Positions 13,146-25,762 of a DNA stretch of 64,000 bases are shown piece after piece. The notes below the pieces were generated by a model, which worked only from the letters and a program-made list of their open reading frames with translations, ran no database searches and was not told where the DNA came from. Numbering within the stretch: position 1 is the stretch's first letter; each line of letters begins with the position of its first letter. Source of the stretch: Yuukianura sp. NJ FZ-2021 (lineage: Eukaryota); NCBI GenBank assembly GCA_046563655.1, contig CM102290.1, forward strand, positions 1,364,001 to 1,428,000, in the 5' to 3' direction. A program made the translations under genes and the position numbers.

Positions 13146-13540
13146 AGGATTTTCTACATGGAATTAACTGTCGGCATTTTTCGCAACAGAAATTAGACGT
13201 CAGCACTTTTCGCGACAGGAATTAGCTACCAGGATTTTTCGCAACAGAAAATGACTGTCAGGATTTTTCGCAACAGAAAATAGCTGTCAGGATTTTTCGC
13301 GACAGAAATTAGCTACCAGGATTTTTCGCAACACAAAATGACTGTCAGGATTTTTCGCAACAGAAAATGGCTGTCAGGATTTTTCGCAACAGAAATTCAC
13401 TGTCAGCATTTTTCGCGGCAGGAATTAGCTACCAGGATTTTTCGCAACAGAAATTGCCTGTCACGATTTGACGCAACAGGATTTTCTGCAACAGGAATTG
13501 CTCGTTTTTTGGTATTCCTGTTGCGGAAAAAATCCTGTTG
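13146..13540 (+). repeat. 29-bp minisatellite (~12 copies) closed by an inverted copy that forms a hairpin
   Basis: Unit CAGGATTTTTCGCAACAGAAAATGACTGT. The variant TTAGCTACC recurs at 13222/13309/13425 (3 and 4 units apart). 13474-13498 pairs with 13514-13540. Confidence 0.9.
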
Positions 13541-15274
13541 TTTATCAGCAAAACTCCCCCCATAGCACTGCACTGTTCTACTCACTTGACTTGACGATTG
13601 CCATACTATTATGGGCAGTCATTTGCGTGTCTCATGCAATGCTGATCTCATTCATTTTCTAAAACCACAACAATAACACGTTTTATAGCATTAATTAATT
13701 AAACAAAAAACCAAGTTTTAACTTAATTCATCGTTAATTTGTACTTTTTTGGCTAACACTATTTGCCCATCTTAGGAGTCACGGTTGAAGTAAGCCAGAT
13801 GCATTCCGACCGGGAACATGTTACAGTGGATGCTCATAGTGCTTAACTCGGGCCTTTCTGGATTCGCGATAGCAGGATAGCACCCGACAAACATAACAAG
13901 TTTAGTAGTATCAGTATGAACGATACCTCACTGTGAATTTAATACTAAAGATTGCACTTTGATGGAGCCGAGTTAAGGTGCCTGTTAGTTTTAATGGATT
14001 CGACGCTAAGAAACCAATAACCGTTGGAATGTTTTGGGAAGCAGTTGCAAGCGTTGAAAGTTTTAGTGTTCAGCGCAAGTTAGCTAAGTATTTTAGTAAT
14101 TAAGATTTTAAACTTACTCTTCACGATACGGATGATTTTATTTTCGGATATATTGTCTGTAATTTAAATGAGATAACGATAAATAAATAAAATGTTAACC
14201 ACGATACTGAGTTTGACGATGAGGGCAGCAACTGTATCCGGATTATGAATTTACACTTAATGACATTACGTTCTAGTAATTGTATACGTCCGCTTCAGCC
14301 GTACTCTTCCCCTCAGGCATGTGAGTCACAAAGCTGGATGGAATTTTTAGAATGAAGAAATGAAACTCCCGTGTTAATGGAGTGATGAAGAGGAGTGGAG
14401 TGAAGGACTCCGATTTCTGTAGTCGTCAGCTGATAAGTTCCAGTGTAACTAGTGATCTCTGAGACCTACACTCCAAGGTCCTTGCCCCGACAAAGACAGC
14501 TCTGCTCCTTCATCCATCATCCTCAAAATTCGTCTAGTCTTCGGCTCATCCAGAAACGGAGCTGTACAATTTTATCATATCTTCGACAGATCATTAAAGA
14601 AGGCTCATGTTCACCGAATCACTCGGAGTCGGAGGCAGAATTTCCTAGTACAGCTGATATTTTTGTAAGTGTAATAAGTCATCTGTTTCAAAATATGCTG
14701 ACAACAGAAGCGATTACTCGTTCTGTAAAAATGTAGGCTTACATCCAAATTCCAAAGTGGAGAAAGTTTGCATTTGAATTCTAAAAGAAAAATAGTGGTA
14801 TGTCGTAAATTAGGAGCGAGAAATAGGGCAGCGTTACTTACGCTTGTCGTTATTGTTTTCACTGTAATGAAAATAAAACATTCGTTTGAATTCACATTTA
14901 TCTCATGGTCACTAATCGGTTACTGGTTTGTGTTATCATTCTGGTGATTATTGGATGAGTACAGTTGGTCGGTTAACCTGCGGTTTGCGTTTTTGAAAGT
15001 GAATGAGATGATTTCATAATTGCTGATGCTCTATAAACCACCTTAAAACTGAAAGCGAAGTATCATTACACAATTCATGTTTATTAAACCGACTTAATGA
15101 GTCATTACAGTTCTGAATTCTTACCAAACGAAGTACTAACAGCTGCAAGTGGGAATTTATCTCCTTTGAATCTTTTAAACAAAAATTATTTTCCTTCTTT
15201 TTCCAGGAAAAAGCCATTTTCATTCTGGACTTATTTATTGTTTGAAGTAGTAGCTCCAGAGTACAATTTCGACG

Positions 15275-18200
15275 ATGGCTGGGCTCATCAAAAACCAAAT
15301 TCTAAAGCATTTATCGAGGTAAAGTTTTAAAAACATGCGTAATTTGTAAATCGATAATTGTTTGTTGAACACGTTTTTTTTTCTTCGACAGATATGCCAA
15401 GAACTTATCATCAGACAAAATCAATCTGAGCACGTTCAAAGGTGAAGGTGAACTCAGAAACCTTGAACTTGACCAAGAGGTTATGACTGAACTGCTCTCG
15501 CTTCCAACATGGATGAAATTAACCCATGCTACATGTAACCATGTTCTTATCCGGATTCCTTGGACAAAGCTCAAAAGCGTCCCCATTCACTTGGTTAATA
15601 AGTTGATACGGTTTTCTTTATATTCGATCGATACGATCGTGAAGGCGAGAATGTAATTGAACTATTTTTTTACTTTCTTTTTAGAGCTTAGACGAAGTGA
15701 ATATTAGAGTCGAAGCCTGTGAAGAGCTTCGTACAGGTAATGAGAACAACCCCATGTTCCCACCGCCCGCTTTCGGGAAATACGGGTTTGTGAATAAAGT
15801 CATCGACGGAATCACCGCTACAGTTAATTCCGTCGAAATCACATTCCATAGCCGGGAGTTCGAATCTAAAGTTCAGGTTAAAATTGTTATCCTTATTAAA
15901 CGGCTTAGTGCAAAAGTGTGCCAAGGTTTTCATCATGTGTTTTGATTTCCAGATTTCTCGTATACGTGTTGAATCAAGATCTCCAGAGTGGAAAAGATGT
16001 GAATTGTCTGGAACACGGCTAAAAGATTTGACAAAGGGAGAAACGCTTATATTTAAAGAAATGGAATGGCAAACATTGCGTTTGGAAGCAAGGTCGACCC
16101 TGGATCGTCACTTGGCTCCATTGCGACTGTTGGCCAATCAAGCCAAGGCTCGTATCGTCATCAAGAAAAGCCTAAACAGTAACTAAAGCTTTTATTCTCT
16201 TTTTTAGTGTTGTTCTCTTCCTGGTCCTTAAATGATCTGCTGTGTGTATATTTCTGGGTTTTGCAATTTAGACTCCATATACGATGTATAATACCAGATG
16301 AAATCATGTTGCTTGCTTTCTCCTGCTTGTTTTTATCCTTTGTATTTAAAGTAACTTGTAAGTGCTGGAACGTGATTCCATCGCGCTTTTGAAACTTAGC
16401 TCAAGTTTCAATCCCATTTTACATGTGGAATTGTCTTTGTCTCTTAAGACTCTGAAGTGGTCGGATGTCGGCTTTCACTTATTCTGGATGACCTGTTATG
16501 GGTACTTACGGACTCCCAGATTCTAGCTGCTCTCCATTTTATGAGCTCGCTCTCTGGCTTGGTCAAACAAGCGACAGAAACCACGCAGAGAATGAAAGCT
16601 GCTAGAAAATTAGAGGTATGTAGGGTTACTATTCGTTCTAACACGACGACAAAACAATGAAAATTACTGAATTCGAATGCTAAATGAGGATACATCCATA
16701 CGATTGCATTTCAATTAACCTTGGCGTTAAAGTTCTAAATGTGATAACAGTTAGTCTAGTTGTTAAACTTACGAAGTATGGGACTTTAACATTGACGAAT
16801 TTTTCTTGTATCTAGAGTTTACCGGAATATCAAGCCCAAATCTCTCAGACCAATGCCGTTGAGAGCAAAATCATGCTGACAAGATTTGACGTCCACGATG
16901 TGAGAGAGACTTCGTATCACTTCAACTGCGAAAAAATTGATCTCCACTTTTGCGATGACCCTGGAAGTAAGAGCTTATAGGGATCAATGTTGGATGTAAT
17001 TTGTTTTTCTTTTATAATATATTAATTTGAATCTTTAGGTGGACGCTCTAGACATCCGGATCTTAAAGATGGAGGTGCCTTGCAATTATCATTGAACCAA
17101 GTACGAAACTTATTTTCATCTTCATAATATATTAGATTAATCGATTACAACATTTATTTTGCTATCTTAACTGCAGGTAATGGCCGACTTTTACCCGTAT
17201 CACCTTGCCATAGGAAGTAGGAAGTTTTGGCACAAGTATGCTGGCAATACTCTGGCGCAATGGTTACAACAAGCGTTGAAAAATTTCAAAATTTCACTGA
17301 TCGATGCTTTGTCAAGTGGTTCATTGCATACACCACTCTCACGGACAAACCCCGCTTCTGGTGGTGGTGCATCAAAGTCAGTCTTTGAACCAAATCCTGT
17401 CAAGGATGAAATTGCAGCTCGGCTTGGAAAACTCATGAGCAGCTGCCTTGTAGTAAAAATTCACGATATGTCTCTGTTTAGAGTGACGACATCGTCCAAA
17501 CGGACTTCTCCACTTCCTTTTATATCAAGTAAGCGGAATCATGTCTCATTTATTAGTAACCAATTCCCAACTGATATTGGTCTTTTTATACTTTGACCTG
17601 GCAACATTTTTCTCTTTTTTGTCACAGCTTTTATAGAGAGACCAAAAGAGTTACCAGTGATACACACCGAGTTTACATGGTTTTATTATCCCGGAGAAAT
17701 TTGCTTTCCGCTACCCAGTGCCAAAATTTACGCTTATTTGCATCCAATTCAAATTCAACTGGACGTATGTACAATTCTTTGGCTGAATTCATTTCTTTCT
17801 AATCTGGGTCACTCTATGGCTGAAGTTGCTCCACAAGAAGATCCTGATTACGTCGATGTTCGTGTGGAGATGCTGATGCCAAAGGTAACAAGGAATTTGT
17901 GCTATCGTCATACACAGTCATTGATTAAACTTATTTTGTATTGTTTGTAACAGATAATATTCGAAAATCCTTTCGACTACCCTGGACAAACGGAACGACC
18001 AAACTCTCTTCATATCCAAGTTTCACGACTTATACTTTCTAATTACCGATCTGCAGAAACTGGAACCTACCACCACTTGACACAGTGCATTGAGTTGCTT
18101 CAGAGAGGAGACTTAATTTACGGCTCCAACTTCCCCTCCCGCGAAAGTGATGTCCCGTTGCTCCAGGAAAAATTTGTGAATCATGCAGAAGGTAACAAAG

Positions 18201-21158
18201 TAAAAAAGATTTTAGAACAAAATTCGCTTATATTCTTGACACAATCGTGCAAATTACAAGAATAAAAAATGAAACGTATTTGTTTGTGATAGGTCGTGAT
18301 AAACTACGTCCACCGAAGAAATTAAATTCTTCCAGCTTTACTGAAATCTCCGGTGACCTTACGAAAGATTTGCTTTGGACTGAGCCCCGTGATGTATGGT
18401 TCATACAATTGGACCCTTGCTGGGCCGACTTCCATGTCGAAGAGAAAAGAAAAAGACTTGCGTCAGAATCGGGTTCAGTTTCTTCTAAGAAGATATTCAA
18501 CAAGCCAGGACAAGGAGACGCTCGAACAGTCAACACGGTCATTTATCCATTTATCGATGCCATACCCGTAACTGTCTGGGTCTACGTCAATGAAAAAGAT
18601 ACTACGAATTCAAAATTGAAGCAGAAAAATATTCATGCTGCGCTAAGCGTCGGAGAAATGTTGAAAGTGCAGTTGACACACTTACAGTTCCTGTTTCTTA
18701 TGCGTATGGTTGAGGCATTGGGGGAGATGTCGCTTTACCTCACCTTGGACTCAAAGGGAATCCTTGGAGACGAAATTTTGAAAAACGTTGTCACTGTGGT
18801 AGGATACGTCAAAGCCGTCGAGGTTTCTCTTCTCTTCCCACCGTCCATACAAGATAAGAACGAAACACCCTCAATGGAATTCAATGGAGAAGAGACACGA
18901 ATTCCGGTTTCTCACAGTCATACCGAAGGTGAATTTACAAGGTAAGCTAACAGTTTCGAGTTGATGTTTCTTTTTCTGTTGTGCTCACCGCTACCGTACA
19001 CTCGTTTGCTAACTTTAAAATTGGGTCCGGCTAGCATTCCCCTGACTATTCATTCATACTGACTTTAATATCCGTCTTTTTTTTCAGTCATAAAGACGGG
19101 GAGAAAATTGAAGGTCAAGGTTTCTCCCCACAAAGTATTCCGTTTTTGCCGTTGAATAAGCCATTTTTTCCTCACCCGTTGTCTGCTAGTCAAATGACTC
19201 GGAATCTCGGTGGTGGAAGTAACCCAAACCTCGGATCACATCCAGGAAACGGATTTCCAGGAATGAGCTACAGCGTTAAACACAGTCTAACGAACTTGTC
19301 AGTCACATTCAACAAATGTGGTGGCGTAGCCACTCCAGACAGCGAAGTTGTCTCAAATTGGTCTAACGTAAGCTCAGATTCGTCAGATAACTTTGTTCAA
19401 CTCGACGTGGGAGAGAAGGAATTAGGATCTGTAACAATCAGTAGCCCAAGTGCTGCACGTCAAGACGACGGAGAGACTGATTCTGAAATTGAAGTGGCAG
19501 TAGAAATGGAGGAAAATAGTTTTGTGGATGAACGTTGTACACCGTCCCCGCTAGGAGTCAGTCAAGATGTATCCACTTCTAGAGCAGAGCATGATAACAT
19601 TGTAAATGAGAAGAATTTACTGTTATGTTATACTTGCGCTGAATTATGTTGATTTTACTCTATACGTTTTCTTTTGTTGTCTTTCCAGACTTCTGTTTTG
19701 ACTATTCTTTTGCAAGGAATTGAGATCGGACAGGAAGGTCATGGACTCAGTTCGACAATTAAACTTCAGTCCAAATCGGTAGGGATCAAGGAGCTGCCTG
19801 AAATTTCTTGGAAGGACTTCCAGGTAAAACAAACACAAAAAATAAAAAGGATTTCAAACCATTGTATTCGGAATAGCCTTGATTGGATTTGGATATCCGT
19901 GATCTAGAATCTCATTTTTCTATATTTGTGCCAAAACAGGCTGCCAGTGAGCAAGAGGTACAAAACTCAAACCTTTATCCTCGCCGTATTTTTTTCAGTC
20001 ACCATTTACTACTTGTTTCAGAAAAGAAATTTCATACAACATGTCTTTCTTCATTCTTATGCATTTTGCATCCGAATGTAGCTTCGTAGTGAACAGTTTG
20101 GGCTGTTTTGTATTCGGTTTTGTTTTATCGTGGTTTTTAAATGTTGAGAACCGTTTTTTAAATCCTAACTTCATATGTTCTGGTTTCGGGATTTCGCTGT
20201 TGTAGTATTAATGCAAATTATCCAATTTTTATTGTTGACGTTCTTCTGTGTTATTAGGACAAATTTTGCGGCCGGAAACGTAGCTCTGCGGAAAATGAAA
20301 ACAGGACTCTGGTTGAGAGCAGTAATCCGACTCAACGGCGAGCTATTAAACTCCGACTTGACCAAAACATTAATGCAGACAAGTTCATGGGTACAATGAG
20401 TTCCGATGAAGTCATTTCGATTAGCAAAGAAATTACGTCCCCAGCATCCCCTCGCATTAATCTCAGTGATCGTCCTGGAGCCGCTTCCCCTATTCGAAAT
20501 GCAATTACGGAGGCCACATCTGCAAACCTATTGATCGAAGTAGATTTTACAAATGAAGCCCAAATCAAGCTTCACACCAGCTCGTGCACCGCGCTTGCGG
20601 ATTTGCTAGAGGATGAAATTCTACCAACCCCAATCCCGCTGAATGTAAGAGTTTCAGTTCTTTTTAAAATAATTTGGTTAAAATGTGCAGATTTTTTTTC
20701 GTATACGTTGTATGTTGTACTTTTAGGTTGACTTGGTGGGAGTAAACATAGAATTGACTGAAGACCGACCACCAGCTAACATTACGTCGCCTGGACCAGT
20801 TCCTCTCAAGATCGATATCCCATTTCTCAATGTCTCCAGAGATGCTGCCGGAGTTTTGAAATTGGGGCCGTCCTACGATCCTTCTGGCAGGAAGTTTAGC
20901 ATTGTGCTGCCAAACCCAGACGTCGGAAGCAGTCAAGCAATCCCTCCCGATGATTCTGAGAAAGACTTTCTTCGACAAGAACTGGAAAAGACTACGCTGC
21001 AGCTACAACAATATCAACTGCGAAATTCAGCTCTGGAGGAAGAGCGTGAAGAAAATGAATGTCTCAAAGGCCTCATTGTGAGCCTCCAAGACGAAGTCCA
21101 TAAACTCCAAACCGAGAAATCAGAGCTGCTCCGAAGATATCAACACAACTATCATTAG
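15275..21158 (+). CDS. BLTP3: Bridge-like lipid transfer protein 3 / UHRF1-binding protein 1-like (chorein-N, VPS13-like), about 15 exons
   Basis: Spliced N-terminus MAGLIKNQILKHLSR|YAKNLSSDKINLSTFKGEGELRNLELD...LPTW (exons 15275-15318, 15392-), motifs ILDDLLWVLTDSQ and DFYPYH, and a C-terminal coiled coil ending at the 21158 stop. GT-AG introns are in consistent phase. Confidence 0.9.
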
Positions 21159-21593
21159 ATAAAGAGACTTGTGGTGATCCGGTGGCGATAATACTGCGCT
21201 TACAAATACTTACCATTAGTCCTAAATTGAATATGCAACCGAACTGATCTGTTGTAACTATTTTTGTTCGTCGAAGTTCAACGTTGTGATGATGATGTGA
21301 AGGAGTATCTAAATTATATCCTAACGTTGTGATTTGTTTAATCTGCAACCGACAATCCAAATCAAAATATAGAGTTTAACCGAATATGAGATATGAAGAA
21401 CTTTTATGTGATTTTTGTAATAACTATGATTTAAGTAATACCTAAGCTCAATATGTAACAACTCGCATTTTATTTTCAATTTTTGTTCTTAAGTTACCTT
21501 TTCAATGTAGAAAGATTAGAATGAAATTATATGTGCTAAGTTTCGAAACCGGTTACAGTAAAACCCTAATACTACTAATCCGCCGCTTTGATT

Positions 21594-23639
21594 TTATTTT
21601 TTTGACGAGGATTGCCCGGGTATTCTTGGTTTTCGCTTCATCTTTGCACGTCGTTTCATTCTGCGTAATTTACGTTGGTAGTATCTTCTCCAGGCAGACT
21701 TTAAAAATTAAAAATTGAAATCTCATTCAAATCGTTTGAAAAGTTTTTAAAAATAATCGACTTTTTCCTTACTTGAATGATTCTTGCCGCCCGGTTTCGT
21801 TTGAAATTATCCGCCATTTCCATTTTACGGAGTAGTTCTTTCAGTCGTTTCGTAATTTTCATTTCTTCAAATCGTTCCTCTGTATCTGCGAAACATTTTT
21901 CCAAAATTTCAATCTTCACTTCATTGCTTTTCAACGTTGTTTCCAAGTTGTCCAACTCCTCTTGTTTTTTCATCATTCTACTGTCATAAGACGCCAGGAG
22001 GTTGTGCAAAGATTGTTCCAAATTTCGACTTATTAAAGACAAAATTAAAACATTAGGAAAAATTAAGAGTGTAGTTAAAGTTAAGTTGTAAAACTTTAAA
22101 TTCCAAACGTTTGAAATGATTGTTACATCAGTTGCAGAGAAGCTTCTTCATTCCCGAGAAAACTGAGCCGAATTTCCTCCGCATCACCTTTCTTTTCATC
22201 ATTTTTCATTGAAATGTATTTCGTCTTTTGTTCACAAGTTTTTTGGTGCTCCAAACCCTCGAGAAATTCGTTTCGCCTATTATTAGCACATCAAATATTT
22301 TAGGACTTTTTCAGAAATTTAAAAAAAAAAGTTCGTTAATTTTAGAGTTTTACACAATATTTTTAATTTCTGCATGTGAGGATCCACGGCATTCACCAAT
22401 CTTTTTTTCGTATTTCAGAATTTCTTTTTCATGTGTTTCTATCTTTGAAATCCATTTTTTAGAACTATCTTGCATGTTTTTCTAGTTGGAAAAGATGTTT
22501 TTTTTAGCATCCTATCCATGGGAGAAGCAATTCCATGTGACCTTTGACCGCTTACCTCCAGCTTCTTCATTACGTTTTCTGCACATTTCAATCTCTTCCA
22601 ACAACTGCGATACTTCTGTAGTTTGGACAAGTCGGGTGGAATAGAAAGAAGCCTACTTTGAAAAAGTTCCTTTAGTTGACTAAAATAAGTTTGAAATAAA
22701 AGCAATTCATTCGAAACTTCTGTAAATGTGAGAGCTGAGGGTGGAAAATTCAGATTATTCAAAACTGGATATCGATCTGTGCCAGAATTCTTCCGTTGTC
22801 GTCTAACCATCAGTTGTCGAAAGAGTTCTCTGTACAAATTCTGGATTTGTGACTTGAATTTGTTGGTTTCAGGAGTATCGATGTCACACTTCTTGGTGGT
22901 CTCTCCAGGAGTTTCCATCTGTACGGTACATCAAAAAAATTCCCTGTCCGGAAATAGTTTGGTTCTGAAGTTCATGGATGTGATGATGCAAACCAGTTAA
23001 AAGTGCATTTGACAAGGTGTCAAGTCTTTGCTTCAAATTGAAACCAACCTTTGCTTCATTGCAGTTTCCAGTAATAGAATCCGCAGAAGACGGCGTCACG
23101 CTGCTGTCAATCGTCGCAATCGAACCATGTTGATAAACGACTTCTGTTGAACCTCCAACTTCATTTTCATTTTCCAATGGTTTCCATTCAGCTTCAGAAA
23201 ACGTTGTTACTTGCATGTAAAGGTCAGATTCAGTCCAAACCTATGTCAAAAAAATTATAATTTTTTTATTAAAAGTTGAAAAAGAGTTTCCATTTTTTGT
23301 CCAAGTTATTTAAATCCTAATTTCATACTTTCTTTTATTATTACCGATTTTATTTTATGCAAATTGTACAATATATCCGCCACGTCTGATCCAACTTCCA
23401 ATTGTACTTGTGTATCTCCTTGAAGCATTCGTTGTGTAAGATAAGGAATTTTTAAGAGAAAGTCCACTTTCTCCAATGCTCGTTCGTAGCAACTGAACAG
23501 CAAGGATTCTATTTAGTAGCGTAAAAACTGCAATTAATAATCTTAATTCACATTTTTAGTGTATGTTTTCAGAGTTTTTTAAATTTTACTCACGTCTAGA
23601 ATCAAGCTCAGGCTTGATTTGTCCACAACTAAGCGGCAT
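21594..23639 (-). CDS. IQCD: IQ-domain coiled-coil protein, IQCD / dynein regulatory complex subunit DRC10-like
   Basis: Exons give ...YERALEKVDFLLKIPY..., ...FSQLKELFQSRLLSIP... and ...LLASYDSRMMKKQEELDNL...RNRAARIIQ|SAWRRY plus a basic tail. This matches the DRC10 layout (YD..M..KQEEL, IQ motif, Lys/Arg tail). The ATG at 23639 is inferred from splice phase; the stop is at 21594. Confidence 0.7.
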
Positions 23640-24281
23640 AGTTCCTAAACAGTGGTTCAATGGGATTGACGTTTCCAAATTTTCATAACATTTTCATGGC
23701 TTCTTCTGAAGGAAATCTCCATAAGTGAAGCGAATTACTGCGTGATACATGAAACGGCTATGTAAATATTGGCACGTGAAGGAAGGCCATATTTTGTTCC
23801 GGAAATTGTTAAGAGATGCGTTGCAAAAGATGTTTCGGAGTAAAATGTTTGAGAAAATGGATACGAGGGGATGACTGATGTTAAGGGCACGGGGAAATCC
23901 AGTTGCCGTTACTACCGAACCATGAAAGCTGTTCGATTCCTAATATAGATCTCTACGTGTCAGACTTCCTGTCGACACTAAAAGGGAACTGTCAAATTGT
24001 GACACAGTGTCGGAAACGGGACATACGGCGACCATGGAATACAGACTACAAGCAAAAAATTCAAGAAAAAATGGACCAGAAATAGACAAGCATCGCAGAT
24101 CTACAACCGATCCTGCAAGTACTTATATATTTGAACACCCCTTTACTGACAAAGTTCGTTCATACTTAAAGTAGCCGTGGAACGATTCGGATCTTACTCC
24201 GATTCTCGTTTTCAAAATTTTGTAGGAAACTTACGGTGGTCGTTTATCTTTTTTTAAACTTTTCCGAAACCTTCTTTTGCA

Positions 24282-25079
24282 ATGATCAGTCTCGTTTCAA
24301 CTTTCCTAATCTGGCTTCCGATTCTGGTTTGTTCAAATTCGTTTTAGCTTTGAAATTTCAAAATTAAAAATTAAAAAATGAATGATAAAAAAATTTTCAA
24401 AAAAAAACTTTGAGTTTTACAAACTTTTTCTGTTTGATCAATTTTGCCGTCGTAGGAAGCCATGGTTGTGTCTCCCACACCCGAGTCTGCCGAGAGGAAA
24501 ACAATACTTTTCACTGGATGGCAAAAACCAGCACCACCCGATGTTATCTTCCCCCGAACAGACAATTACTATTTCAGAATCAAACCAGGTATGTCGTCAT
24601 AATTAGTTAATCAATTACTAATCGATTGGCACGTTGGAAACTCAGTGTTAGCGAAGTAAAAAGATCGAGTTTGAAATTTCGAAATCGTAAAACCGGCATT
24701 TTCGGAATTTGAAATCGAATAACTCCATGTTGGTGTCATTGGAACAGAATCCGTGGTTGAAATTTTGATGGATCCGACGGATGATGACGAAGGGAGTTTG
24801 GGTCCTTCAGTAGCCGAACACACGTCGATTACGACGAGCGTCGTTGCTGCAAATTCAGAGTTTAAAACATCATGTACCAAGGTATAATTAACAGAATTAA
24901 TATTTTAGACAATATGATTTATGAAGTCCATTTTGAAAAATAAGAGGAATTGTATACATTTTTTTGTATTAAAGGAGCCTGGATGTCGCTGGGAATGCGA
25001 ACCGCGACAAGACGATCTCCCACCGGACTGCGACTGCGTCTGTTTCTATACGGATGCTAAGTGGGACAGCATTCCTTAA
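24282..25079 (+). CDS. Orphan secreted protein, ~138 aa, 4 exons, C-terminal six-cysteine motif
   Basis: Exons 24282-24326, 24456-24588, 24748-24881 and 24975-25079 splice in frame. They give MISLVSTFLIWLPILEA (signal-like), an acidic Ser/Thr linker, then CTKEPGCRWECEPRQDDLPPDCDCVCFYTDAKWDSIP*. Confidence 0.6.
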
Positions 25080-25762
25080 ACCACAACTCCATATTCTCAT
25101 TGTTATCATAAACCACGCTAACCTTCGTTTTTAATTTTTCTGCATTTATTGTTAGTCTGGCATTAAATCTCCAAAACCCATAACACAGCGATACACATCC
25201 ATGTACAACTTAGAATTCCTGCAGGCTTGCAAAGACACGTATTCTAGAATACGTTGGGAAAAAGTTTACTATCATGTACTTTTTCTGAATTTGATGAAAA
25301 AAATTTTTTTTAGAATACTCCACTGGCATTGATCACAAAAAAAATTGGGCTGGGGTCTGGAAGTTTTTTTTTTTTTCAAAATTTTAAAAATGGGATATTT
25401 CGCATAAGCACCCAATATTGTGTTTCGCTTGGTCCCAAAAGCACATATCAAGACAAATTTTCATCAGCATGAGAAAATGTACATGATAGTAAATTTTTAC
25501 CCTACGTTGCCATGGTATCTTGGCAATTTTTTCCATGGCTCCCAATAATCACGACAGAAGCAATGCCATGCATGACGTAAGGTAATACTGAGGTAGCCGC
25601 TAAATTTTTTCGCCGATTTTCTTTGTTATTTATACTCATTCTTCCAAGACATTCCACGTAAGTATCCGCCCCACACAGGCGCTTGGTTGTACTTGTCACT
25701 GTGTATGTCTTGTCACTAGGGTTCGTCGGATCACAAAGATTCTCTGATCCGATCGTCGGATC

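Noticed and set aside
1..13540. CRISPR-like array in the 59-bp or 29-bp repeats
   Set aside because: Units are contiguous with no unique spacers, there are no cas genes, and the context is eukaryotic with introns.
13338..13662. ORFs of 60-75 aa over the minisatellite
   Set aside because: They are by-products of the 29-bp repeat.
14382..14433. C/D-box snoRNA (GTGATGA...CTGA)
   Set aside because: Too short, no terminal stem and no recognisable rRNA guide.
14452..14895. Overlapping 94-aa ORFs upstream of BLTP3
   Set aside because: No recognisable motif or coherent splice structure; probably UTR or intergenic.
22884..23050. Frameshift or pseudogenisation in the IQCD-like gene (overlapping ORFs near an A7 run)
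   Set aside because: A phase-0 intron (AAG|GTTGGT ... GTACAG|ATG, ~23049-22919) resolves the frame.
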